From: Balanoglossus misakiensis
Taxonomy: Eukaryota > Animalia > Hemichordata
Assembly (NCBI GenBank): GCA_040954595.2
Contig: CM082584.2
Coordinates: 13,509,337 to 13,573,336 of the forward strand
Direction of reading: 5' to 3'
DNA length: 64,000 nucleotides
The position numbers and the translations under genes were made by a program. Shown here in pieces: positions 1 through 12,400 of this stretch. Under the pieces are notes generated by a model, which saw only the letters and a list, made by a program, of their open reading frames with translations, did no database searches and had not been told where the DNA came from. Each line of letters opens with the position of its first letter. Position 1 is the first letter of the stretch.

Positions 1-78
1 TAGTTGGCTCCAGTGCCTCATGGGATGAATATTTATTTATTTAAATGTTGGTAATACATGATTTGATGGCTTTAACAG

Positions 79-1132
79 GTGAAGTGTGAGCAGTACTGGC
101 CAGAGGAAGTAGAATCTGAGGAGCCTGAAATGTTCGGAACTCTTGCTGTGATCAAAAAGAAAGAAGAAGATTATACTGCATACACTATTCAAGAATTCTT
201 TGTTACAGATACCAAGGTATTGGATACGTTATGTGTTTAAATCCACTCCTGTTAGTTGTGGTGGTGTATTTGTGATGTGTTGTGTTGTGTTGTCTTGTGT
301 TGTCTTGTCTTGTCTTGTCTTGTCTTGTGATGGACTGTGAATTGTACTTTAATCATTGTGAGACAAAATGATGTGATGTTTTTTACTATTTCAGTGAAAT
401 ATTTATAGGACAATGTTTTTGTCTGTGCTTTCAGAATTCATTTTCACCTTTTTTATCTTTTTGTGTCAGGGTGGAGAGACTCGCACAATCCGTCACTTTC
501 ACTACACAGATTGGCCGGAGATTGGTGCGCCGGAAAGAGGTACCGGAATGATTGAAATGATGGGACAGATCCAGAAACAACAACAACAGACTGGAAATAA
601 ACCCATTCTTGTACACTGCAGGTACACTAGAAAAATTTATCCATTGATGTTTTTAATAAAAGGCTCATTAATCTCTTGACACCAGCCATGTAACCCGGTG
701 GATGGTACAAATGAAATAATCAAAATCATTTGTCATTTCAGTACGGGAGCAGGAAGAACTGGTGTCTTCTGTGCATTGAGTACTGTCATTGAGAGGATCA
801 AGGCAGAGGCCATTGTTGATATCTTCCAGACTTACAAAGTTTTACGCCAACAGAGACCTAACATCATTCAGAGCATTGTAAGTATAGTTGAATCAAGTGT
901 TTTGTTCTGCCAATAGGTTGTACATTTATTCAGCATTGTAAATGTAGTTTCATTTTAAAACGAATAAGAAATCATGATTAGAGAGATGTTTATGTCCAGA
1001 TTTGCTGCTCAGCTAAATCAGTTCTTTATAAAATCTTGTATCATTTCCCCCATACAGGATCAGTATCACTTTGTGTACAAAGCAGTGCTGGATTATCTTG
1101 ATTCCTTTGATTCCTATGACAATTTCAAGTAA
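79..1132 (+). CDS. 3' end of a receptor-type protein tyrosine phosphatase, PTPRA/PTPRE (R4)-like; D2 domain and C-terminus; 5' part lies outside the window
   Basis: Exons 79-216, 470-621, 742-877, 1058-1132, all AG/GT bounded and phase-compatible. Translation: VKCEQYWP...[17 protein letters not shown]...[86 protein letters not shown]. The HCSxGxGRTG signature, WPE loop and C-terminal YxNFK match RPTP-alpha/epsilon D2. Confidence 0.93.
271..330. repeat. Pentanucleotide microsatellite (TGTGT/TGTCT)n in PTP intron
   Basis: Direct reading: tgtgttgtgttgtgttgtcttgtgttgtcttgtcttgtctt... Confidence 0.85.
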
Positions 1133-3260
1133 GTCATTCCGAGGATGAAACACTTACCAAGGTCAATCTGATCCTACTATTTCCTGAGGTCACGTTGGGA
1201 GTAAAATGCATGACATTGAAATGCAACAACCATGTTTTGCTGCTGCTGATTTTTATAGTTTTATATTGCAATTTTGTAGAAGTCTTAGTTTTATCCTGTA
1301 TCATACATCAACCTATTTACGACCTATACATCAGATGGTTAACATTTGAAAATGCCTTTATTTAAAAACCTAGCCGTTTTGTAATGCACTAATATATGAA
1401 ATGAGAAGTGATATTTTCATCTTAATCAACACATAGGGTTTTTCCAATACTCTTGAGTACAGCCGATGTACATCTTTCAAGAAGAGAATTTTAACTCTGC
1501 TAAAAGGTTCCTTTTTTTCAGGAAATAGTGTCAACAGTTTGGCCAAATTTTAGAAAGTATTGGTATCATAAATTGGCAGGAAAATGTGCCTTATGTAGAT
1601 TCAAAAGGTCATTCCAAATTTAGTCAAAATTTGATCAACTGAAAATGCATCTAAAACCATTCTGAATCATTCCCAAAAGAGAAAGGAAAATTTTGAAATG
1701 ATCAAAATTAAGAGTAAAAATTATGTACTTTTCTACAAGAATACATCATAGTATTTAACCTTGTATCAAATTTTCATGTGAAATAATGCTGTGCATTTAT
1801 TATTATAATTAAAGTGAATAAAATTATATCTAGGCTTTTAAAAATATATACAAGTGGTAACCAGTGTCATTTACAAATATAAGGAAGTATATATGTTTAT
1901 TTTTGGAGTATTGTAAGTTTTTGCTTTAGAAATTGTCATATTTTGTACCTTTTGGATGTTAAGATTTGTAGATAGCTTAAAGAATTTACTGTTAAATGCA
2001 TGGATGTGAATTTTATTGGAACTGTTGTGAAGATCAATCCTATTTTCTGTTCAATCAAAGATGGACAGAGGGTATTTTACCATACATTATTCTCCATAGA
2101 ACAAGGAAACAAAATTTGAGAAGCAAATATCATAGACTGATTTTGATTATAGAGTTCCTCTATAGATGTATTTTTATATTTTCATATATGTAAACAGCTC
2201 ACTTTGCGAACTTCCCAGTGGTAAATCACCTTGGCAGATAAAATGACACCTTGTTTTTCTCCACAAGTGTAATCAATAGAGAAGTTGTGCAAATTCCACA
2301 ATTTTGACTATAGGGCTTCCATGTATATAAACTTGTAATGTTTGATGGAAAATTAATTGTGGGATGTTTTGGAATCAATTACATTGATTGAATGTCATAA
2401 TATATATTAAGTACTTCACATGCATTTTTAAAATTGTATATTTGCTGTTCTTACTAACTGCTGGATGTTTGTTTTCAGTAAGCATTTAGGCAATTAAAAA
2501 AATATTCAACATGAAATAACACAAGGAAATAGTTTCCTCAGATGTCTTCTTAAGCATGTTCACCTTGATTTGTGTTTAATTTGCAGACTTATTGCATTTT
2601 GCAAACGAAAGGATGATACATGTACTCAAGAGTAAAATAAGTCTATCAATTGTTTTTGTTACATACATGTATTTGACTTTTTTATACGTACATCATGTCC
2701 TATTCACGAATGCTTTGGTATTTGAAATCATAATGCATAATTAAGCATCTCTAATCATTAATCCTTCTACATTGCTGCAGGTGTTTTCTTTTGATAATTT
2801 TATGTATATAATGTGCCTGGTGTCCGTTTTTATTTTTATTCCTATTCTTTTGGATGTTACTAAGTTATTCACTTGAACTTGCCATATTGTTTATATCTTT
2901 GCGTGTAGATTTTTTTTCTGTTCCAAAATTTTGAGATTACTTTGCGATTTGGTCTTCAAAGTAAAATGTGATAGTGATTGTGACTGTGCTTCCTAACAGT
3001 TAGATGTTGAATTGATGGGATGGATTAACTCCAAAACTTGATAATTACAATCTCAATGATCACTTCCCTGCAAGTTCATGCAACTCAATACTTCATCAAC
3101 AGTGGATATGAAAATGAAAGCACCTTTGATGCCCTGCGTGTTACAAGTAAATTCATTTTGATTGTGATTTTGATTAAATCTATGAGGTGCAAATGCTTAT
3201 CAGCTACAACTTACACAGTTTGCTTATTTTTTCATGGGTATTACCATAATACATTTTTGA

Positions 3261-3330
3261 AATAAACAGTACATGTATTTTTCATATGTTTTTTTAAATC
3301 TTGAATCATATACGCAGATTTATAAATAAA
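3261..3330 (+). terminator. Candidate polyadenylation signals for the PTP gene (AT-rich 3' UTR of about 2 kb)
   Basis: AATAAA at 3261-3266 and 3325-3330, followed by T-rich sequence; an earlier AATAAA is at 1817-1822. Which one is used is unknown. Confidence 0.35.
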
Positions 3331-3495
3331 TAGGTGTAAAATATAATGGTGGATAGACTCTTATATATGATAAATTGCATTAAGCTGTAGGTGTCATTTT
3401 AATTTTATTTTTATTTGTAAACTTACAATTGCATCTCATTAAGTGAATCAATACATGAAACATCTTGATGCAAATTGTGACGATGAACATTTGAG

Positions 3496-6400
3496 ATTGA
3501 CGAAATTTTGAAAATTCGCAAAGTCGAAAAATCGTCATTTCTGGATGATTTTCATGAGCTATAACCCATGGATTTTCTCAAAAAATGAAGAAATTTTGAA
3601 AATTCGCAAAGTCAAAAAATCGTCATTTCTGGATGATTTTCATGAGCTATAACCCATGGTTTTTCTCAAAACATGAAGAAATTTTGAAAATTCGCAAAGT
3701 CGAAAAATCGTCATTTCTGGATGATTTTCCTGAGCTATAACCCATGGTTTTTTTAACAAAAATCGACGAAATTTTGAAAATTCGCAAAGTCGAAAAATTC
3801 TCATTTTTTGACGATTTTCCTGAGCTATAACCCATGGTTTTTTCAAAAATCGACGAAATTTTGAAAATTCGCAAAGTCGAAAAATTCTCATTTTTCGACG
3901 ATTTTCCTGAGCTATAACCCATGGTTTTTTCAAAAAATGACAAAATTTTCAAAATTCGCAAAGTCGACAAATCTTCGATTTTTGACGATTTTCCTGAGCT
4001 ATAACCCATGGTTTTTTTCAAAAAATTACCAAATTTTCAAAATTCGCAAAGTCGACAAATCTTCGATTTTTGACGATTTTCCTGAGCTATAACCCATGGT
4101 TTTTTCAAAAAATGACCAAATTTTCAAAATTCGCAAAGTCGACAAATCTTCGATTTTTGAACATTTTCCTGAGCTATAACCCATGTTTTTTTCAAAAAAT
4201 GACCAAATTTTCAAAATTCGCAAAGTCGAAAAATCCTCGATTTTTGAACATTTTCCTGAGCTATAACCCATGGTTTTTTCAAAAAATGACCAAATTTTCA
4301 AAATTCGCAAAGTCGAAAAATCCTCGATTTTTGAACATTTTCCTGAGCTATAACCCATGGTTTTTTCAAAAAATGACCAAATTTTGAAAATTCGCAAAGT
4401 CGAAAAATCCTCGATTTTTGAACATTTTCCTGAGCTATAACCCATGGTTTTTTCAAAAAATGACCAAATTTTGAAAATTCGTAAAGTCGAAAAATCCTCG
4501 AAAAATCCTCGATTTTTGAACATTTTCCTGAGCTATAACCCATGGTTTTTTTCAAAAAATGACCAAATTTTCAAAATTCGCAAAGTCGAAAAATCCTCGA
4601 TTTTTGAACATTTTCCTGAGCTATAACCCATGGTTTTTTCAAAAAATGACCAAATTTTCAAAATTCGCAAAGTCGAAAAATCCTCGATTTTTGAACATTT
4701 TCCTGAGCTATAACCCATGGTTTTTTTCAAAAAATGACCAAATTTTCAAAATTCGCAAAGTCGACAAATCTTCGATTTTTGACGATTTTCCTGAGCTATA
4801 ACCCATGGTTTTTTCAAAAAATGACCAAATTTTCAAAATTCGCAAAGTCGACAAATCTTCGATTTTTGACGATTTTCCTGAGCTATAACCCATGGTTTTT
4901 TCAAAAAATGACCAAATTTTCAAAATTCGCAAAGTCGAAAAATCCTCGATTTTTGAACATTTTCCTGAGCTATAACCCATGGTTTTTTCAAAAAATGACC
5001 AAATTTTCAAAATTCGCAAAGTCGAAAAATCCTCGATTTTTGAACATTTTCCTGAGCTATAACCCATGGTTTTTTTCAAAAAATGACCAAATTTTGAAAA
5101 TTCGCAAAGTCGAAAAATCTTCGATTTTTGACGATTTTCCTGAGCTATAACCCATGGTTTTTTCAAAAAATGACCAAATTTTCAAAATTCGCAAAGTCGA
5201 CAAATCTTCGATTTTTGACGATTTTCCTGAGCTATAACCCATGGTTTTTTCAAAAAATGACCAAATTTTCAAAATTCGCAAATTCGACAAATCTTCGATT
5301 TTTGACGATTTTCCTGAGCTATAACCCATGGTTTTTTCAAAAAACGACCACATTTTCAAAATTCGCAAAGTCGAAAAATCCTCGATTTTTGAACATTTTC
5401 CTGAGCTATAACCCATGGTTTTTTCAAAAAATGACCAAATTTTCAAAATTCGCAAAGTCGAAAAATCCTCGATTTTTGAACATTTTCCTGAGCTATAACC
5501 CATGTTTTTTTTCAAAAAATGACCAAATTTTCAAAATTCGCTAAGTCGAAAAATCCTCGATTTTTGAACATTTTCCTGAGCTATAACCCATGGTTTTTTC
5601 AAAAAATGACCAAATTTTCAAAATTCGCAAAGTCGAAAAATCCTCGATTTTTGAACATTTTCCTGAGCTATAACCCATGGTTTTTTCAAAAAATGACCAA
5701 ATTTTGAAATTTCGCAAAGTCGAAAAATCTTCGAATTTTGACGATTTTCCTGAGCTATAACCCATGGTTTTTTTCAAAAAATGACCAAATTTTCAAAATT
5801 CGCAAAGTCGAAAAATCCTCGATTTTTGAACATTTTCCTGAGCTATAACCCATGTTTTTTTCAAAAAATGACCAAATTTTCAAAATTCGCAAAGTCGAAA
5901 AATCCTCGATTTTTGAACATTTTCCTGAGCTATAACCCATGGTTTTTTCAAAAAATGACCAAATTTTCAAAATTCGCAAAGTCGAAAAATCCTCGATTTT
6001 TGAACATTTTCCTGAGCTATAACCCATGGTTTTTTTCAAAAAATGACCAAATTTTGAAAATTCGCAAAGTCGAAAAATCTTCGATTTTTGACGATTTTCC
6101 TGAGCTATAACCCATGGTTTTTTCAAAAAATGACCAAATTTTCAAAATTCGCAAAGTCGACAAATCTTCGATTTTTGACGATTTTCCTGAGCTATAACCC
6201 ATGGTTTTTTCAAAAAATGACCAAATTTTCAAAATTCGCAAAGTCGAAAAATCTTCGAATTTTGACGATTTTCCTGAGCTATAACCCATGGTTTTTTCAA
6301 AAAATGACCAAATTTTCAAAATTCGCAAAGTCGAAAAATCCTCGATTTTTGAACATTTTCCTGAGCTATAACCCATGGTTTTTTCAAAAAATGACCAAAT

Positions 6401-9400
6401 TTTGAAAATTCGCAAAGTCGAAAAATCCTCGATTTTTGAACATTTTCCTGAGCTATAACCCATGTTTTTTTTCAAAAAATGACCAAATTTTCAAAATTCG
6501 CTAAGTCGAAAAATCCTCGATTTTTGAACATTTTCCTGAGCTATAACCCATGGTTTTTTCAAAAAATGACCAAATTTTCAAAATTCGCAAAGTCGAAAAA
6601 TCCTCGATTTTTGAACATTTTCCTGAGCTATAACCCATGGTTTTTTCAAAAAATGACCAAATTTTCAAAATTCGCAAAGTCGAAAAATCCTCGATTTTTG
6701 AACATTTTCCTGAGCTATAACCCATGGTTTTTTCAAAAAATGACCAAATTTTCAAAATTCGCAAAGTCGAAAAATCCTCGATTTTTGACGATTTTCCTGA
6801 GCTATAACCCATGGTTTTTTCAAAAAATGACCAAATTTTCAAAATTCGCAAAGTCGAAAAATCTTCGATTTTTGACGATTTTCCTGAGCTATAACCCATG
6901 GTTTTTTCAAAAAATGACCAAATTTTGAAAATTCGCAAAGTCGAAAAATCTTCGAATTTTGACGATTTTCCTGAGCTATAACCCATGGTTTTTTTCAAAA
7001 AATGACCAAATTTTCAAAATTCGCAAAGTCGAAAAATCCTCGATTTTTGAACATTTTCCTGAGCTATAACCCATGGTTTTTTCAAAAAATGACCAAATTT
7101 TCAAAATTCGCAAAGTCGAAAAATCCTCGATTTTTGAACATTTTCCTGAGCTATAACCCATGGTTTTTTCAAAAAATGACCAAATTTTCAAAATTCGCAA
7201 AGTCGAAAAATCCTCGATTTTTGAACATTTTCCTGAGCTATAACCCATGTTTTTTTCAAAAAATGACCAAATTTTCAAAATTCGCTAAGTCGAAAAATCC
7301 TCGATTTTTGAACATTTTCCTGAGCTATAACCCATGGTTTTTTCAAAAAATGACCAAATTTTCAAAATTCGCAAAGTCGACAAATCTTCGATTTTTGACG
7401 ATTTTCCTGAGCTATAACCCATGGTTTTTTCAAAAAATGACCAAATTTTGAAAATTCGCAAAGTCGAAAAATCTTCGAATTTTGACGATTATCCTGAGCT
7501 ATAACCCATGGTTTTTTCAAAAAATGACCAAATTTTCAAAATTCGCAAAGTCGAAAAATCCTCGATTTTTGAACATTTTCCTGAGCTATAACCCATGGTT
7601 TTTTCAAAAAATGACCAAATTTTCAAAATTCGCAAAGTCGAAAAATCCTCGATTTTTGAACATTTTCCTCAGCTATAACCCATGGTTTTTTTCAAAAAAT
7701 GACCAAATTTTGAAAATTCGCAAAGTCGAAAAATCTTCGATTTTTGACGATTTTCCTGAGCTATAACCCATGGTTTTTTCAAAAAATGACCAAATTTTCA
7801 AAATTCGCAAAGTCGACAAATCTTCGATTTTTGACGATTTTCCTGAGCTATAACCCATGGTTTTTTCAAAAAATGACCAAATTTTCAAAATTCGCAAATT
7901 CGACAAATCTTCGATTTTTGACGATTTTCCTGAGCTATAACCCATGGTTTTTTCAAAAAATGACCAAATTTTGAAATTTCGCAAAGTCGAAAAATCTTCG
8001 AATTTTGACGTTTTTCCTGAGCTATAACCCATGGTTTTTTTCAAAAAATGACCAAATTTTCAAAATTCGCAAAGTCGAAAAATCCTCGATTTTTGAACAT
8101 TTTCCTGAGCTATAACCCATGGTTTTTTCAAAAAATGACCAAATTTTCAAAATTCGCAAAGTCGAAAAATCCTCGATTTTTGAACATTTTCCTGAGCTAT
8201 AACCCATGGTTTTTTCAAAAAATGACCAAATTTTCAAAATTCGCAAAGTCGAAAAATCCTCGATTTTTGAACATTTTCCTGAGCTATAACCCATGGTTTT
8301 TTCAAAAAATGACCAAATTTTCAAAATTCGCAAATTCGACAAATCTTCGATTTTTGACGATTTTCCTGAGCTATAACCCATGGTTTTTTCAAAAAATGAC
8401 CAAATTTTGAAATTTCGCAAAGTCGAAAAATCTTCGAATTTTGACGATTTTCCTGAGCTATAACCCATGGTTTTTTTCAAAAAATGACCAAATTTTCAAA
8501 ATTCGCAAAGTCGAAAAATCCTCGATTTTTGAACATTTTCCTGAGCTATAACCCATGGTTTTTTCAAAAAATGACCAAATTTTCAAAATTCGCAAAGTCG
8601 AAAAATCCTCGATTTTTGAACATTTTCCTGAGCTATAACCCATGGTTTTTTCAAAAAATGACCAAATTTTCAAAATTCGCAAAGTCGAAAAATCCTCGAT
8701 TTTTGAACATTTTCCTGAGCTATAACCCATGGTTTTTTTCAAAAAATGACCAAATTTTGAAAATTCGCAAAGTCGAAAAATCTTCGATTTTTGACGATTT
8801 TCCTGAGCTATAACCCATGGTTTTTTCAAAAAATGACCAAATTTTCAAAATTCGCAAAGTCGACAAATCTTCGATTTTTGACGATTTTCCTGAGCTATAA
8901 CCCATGGTTTTTTCAAAAAATGACCAAATTTTGAAAATTCGCAAAGTCGAAAAATCTTCGAATTTTGACGATTTTCCTGAGCTATAACCCATGGTTTTTT
9001 TCAAAAAATGACCAAATTTTCAAAATTCGCAAAGTCGAAAAATCCTCGATTTTTGAACATTTTCCTGAGCTATAACCCATGGTTTTTTCAAAAAATGACC
9101 AAATTTTCAAAATTCGCAAAGTCGAAAAATCCTCGATTTTTGAACATTTTCCTGAGCTATAACCCATGGTTTTTTCAAAAAATGACCAAATTTTCAAAAT
9201 TCGCTAAGTCGAAAAATCCTCGATTTTTGAACATTTTCCTGAGCTATAACCCATGGTTTTTTCAAAAAATGACCAAATTTTCAAAATTCGCAAAGTCGAC
9301 AAATCTTCGATTTTTGACGATTTTCCTGAGCTATAACCCATGGTTTTTTCAAAAAATGACCAAATTTTGAAAATTCGCAAAGTCGAAAAATCTTCGAATT

Positions 9401-12400
9401 TTGACGATTTTCCTGAGCTATAACCCATGGTTTTTTCAAAAAATGACCAAATTTTCAAAATTCGCAAAGTCGAAAAATCCTCGATTTTTGAACATTTTCC
9501 TGAGCTATAACCCATGGTTTTTTCAAAAAATGACCAAATTTTCAAAATTCGCAAAGTCGAAAAATCCTCGATTTTTGAACATTTTCCTGAGCTATAACCC
9601 ATGGTTTTTTCAAAAAATGACCAAATTTTGAAAATTCGCAAAGTCGAAAAATCTTCGAATTTTGACGATTTTCCTGAGCTATAACCCATGGTTTTTTTCA
9701 AAAAATGACCAAATTTTCAAAATTCGCAAAGTCGAAAAATCCTCGATTTTTGAACATTTTCCTGAGCTATAACCCATGGTTTTTTCAAAAAATGACCAAA
9801 TTTTCAAAATTCGCAAAGTCGAAAAATCCTCGATTTTTGAACATTTTCCTGAGCTATAACCCATGGTTTTTTTCAAAAAATGACCAAATTTTGAAAATTC
9901 GCAAAGTCGAAAAATCTTCGATTTTTGACGATTTTCCTGAGCTATAACCCATGGTTTTTTCAAAAAATGACCAAATTTTCAAAATTCGCAAAGTCGACAA
10001 ATCTTCGATTTTTGACGATTTTCCTGAGCTATAACCCATGGTTTTTTCAAAAAATGACCAAATTTTGAAAATTCGCAAAGTCGAAAAATCTTCGAATTTT
10101 GACGATTTTCCTGAGCTATAACCCATGGTTTTTTTCAAAAAATGACCAAATTTTCAAAATTCGCAAAGTCGAAAAATCCTCGATTTTTGAACATTTTCCT
10201 GAGCTATAACCCATGGTTTTTTCAAAAAATGACCAAATTTTCAAAATTCGCAAAGTCGAAAAATCCTCGATTTTTGAACATTTTCCTGAGCTATAACCCA
10301 TGGTTTTTTCAAAAAATGACCAAATTTTCAAAATTCGCTAAGTCGAAAAATCCTCGATTTTTGAACATTTTCCTGAGCTATAACCCATGGTTTTTTCAAA
10401 AAATGACCAAATTTTCAAAATTCGCAAAGTCGACAAATCTTCGATTTTTGACGATTTTCCTGAGCTATAACCCATGGTTTTTTCAAAAAATGACCAAATT
10501 TTCAAAATTCGCAAAGTCGACAAATCTTCGATTTTTGACGATTTTCCTGAGCTATAACCCATGGTTTTTTCAAAAAATGACCAAATTTTCAAAATTCGCA
10601 AAGTCGAAAAATCCTCGATTTTTGAACATTTTCCTGAGCTATAACCCATGGTTTTTTCAAAAAATGACCAAATTTTCAAAATTCGCAAAGTCGAAAAATC
10701 CTCGATTTTTGAACATTTTCCTGAGCTATAACCCATGGTTTTTTCAAAAAATGACCAAATTTTCAAAATTCGCAAAGTCGAAAAATCCTCGATTTTTGAA
10801 CATTTTCCTGAGCTATAACCCATGTTTTTTTCAAAAAATGACCAAATTTTCAAAATTCGCAAAGTCGAAAAATCCTCGATTTTTGAACATTTTCCTGAGC
10901 TATAACCCATGGTTTTTTCAAAAAATGACCAAATTTTCAAAATTCGCAAAGTCGAAAAATCCTCGATTTTTGAACATTTTCCTGAGCTATAACCCATGGT
11001 TTTTTTCAAAAAATGACCAAATTTTCAAAATTCGCAAAGTCGAAAAATCCTCGATTTTTGAACATTTTCCTGACCCATGGTTTTTTCAAAAAATGACCAA
11101 ATTTTGAAAATTCGCAAAGTCGAAAAATCTTCGAATTTTGACGATTTTCCTGAGCTATAACCCATGGTTTTTTCAAAAAATGACCAAATTTTCAAAATTC
11201 GCAAAGTCGAAAAATCCTCGATTTTTGAACATTTCGAAAAATCCTCGATTTTTGAACATTTTCCTGAGCTATAACCCATGGTTTTTTCAAAAAATGACCA
11301 AATTTTCAAAATTCGCAAAGTCGAAAAATCCTCGATTTTTGAACATTTTCCTGAGCTATAACCCATGTTTTTTTCAAAAAATGACCAAATTTTCAAAATT
11401 CGCAAAGTCGAAAAATCCTCGATTTTTGAACATTTTCCTGAGCTATAACCCATGGTTTTTTCAAAAAATGACCAAATTTTCAAAATTCGCAAAGTCGAAA
11501 AATCCTCGATTTTTGAACATTTTCCTGAGCTATAACCCATGGTTTTTTTCAAAAAATGACCAAATTTTCAAAATTCGCAAAGTCGAAAAATCCTCGATTT
11601 TTGAACATTTTCCTGACCCATGGTTTTTTCAAAAAATGACCAAATTTTGAAAATTCGCAAAGTCGAAAAATCTTCGAATTTTGACGATTTTCCTGAGCTA
11701 TAACCCATGGTTTTTTCAAAAAATGACCAAATTTTCAAAATTCGCAAAGTCGAAAAATCCTCGATTTTTGAACATTTTCCTGAGCTATAACCCATGGTTT
11801 TTTTCAAAAAATGACCAAATTTTCAAAATTCGCAAAGTCGAAAAATCCTCGATTTTTGAACATTTTCCTGAGCTATAACCCATGGTTTTTTCAAAAAATG
11901 ACCAAATTTTCAAAATTCGCAAAGTCGAAAAATCCTCGATTTTTGAACATTTTCCTGAGCTATAACCCATGGTTTTTTTCAAAAAATGACCAAATTTTGA
12001 AAATTCGCAAAGTCGAAAAATCTTCGATTTTTGACGATTTTCCTGAGCTATAACCCATGGTTTTTTCAAAAAATGACCAAATTTTCAAAATTCGCAAAGT
12101 CGACAAATCTTCGATTTTTGACGATTTTCCTGAGCTATAACCCATGGTTTTTTCAAAAAATGACCAAATTTTCTAAGTTCGCAAATTCGACAAATCTTCG
12201 ATTTTTGACGATTTTCCAGAGCTATAACCCATGGTTTTTTTCAAAAAATGACCAAATTTTGAAAATTCGCAAAGTCGAAAATCTTCGAATTTTGACGATT
12301 TTCCTGAGCTATAACCCATGGTTTTTTTCAAAAAATGACCAAATTTTCAAAATTCGCGAAGTCGAAAAATCCTCGATTTTTGAACATTTTCCTGAGCTAT

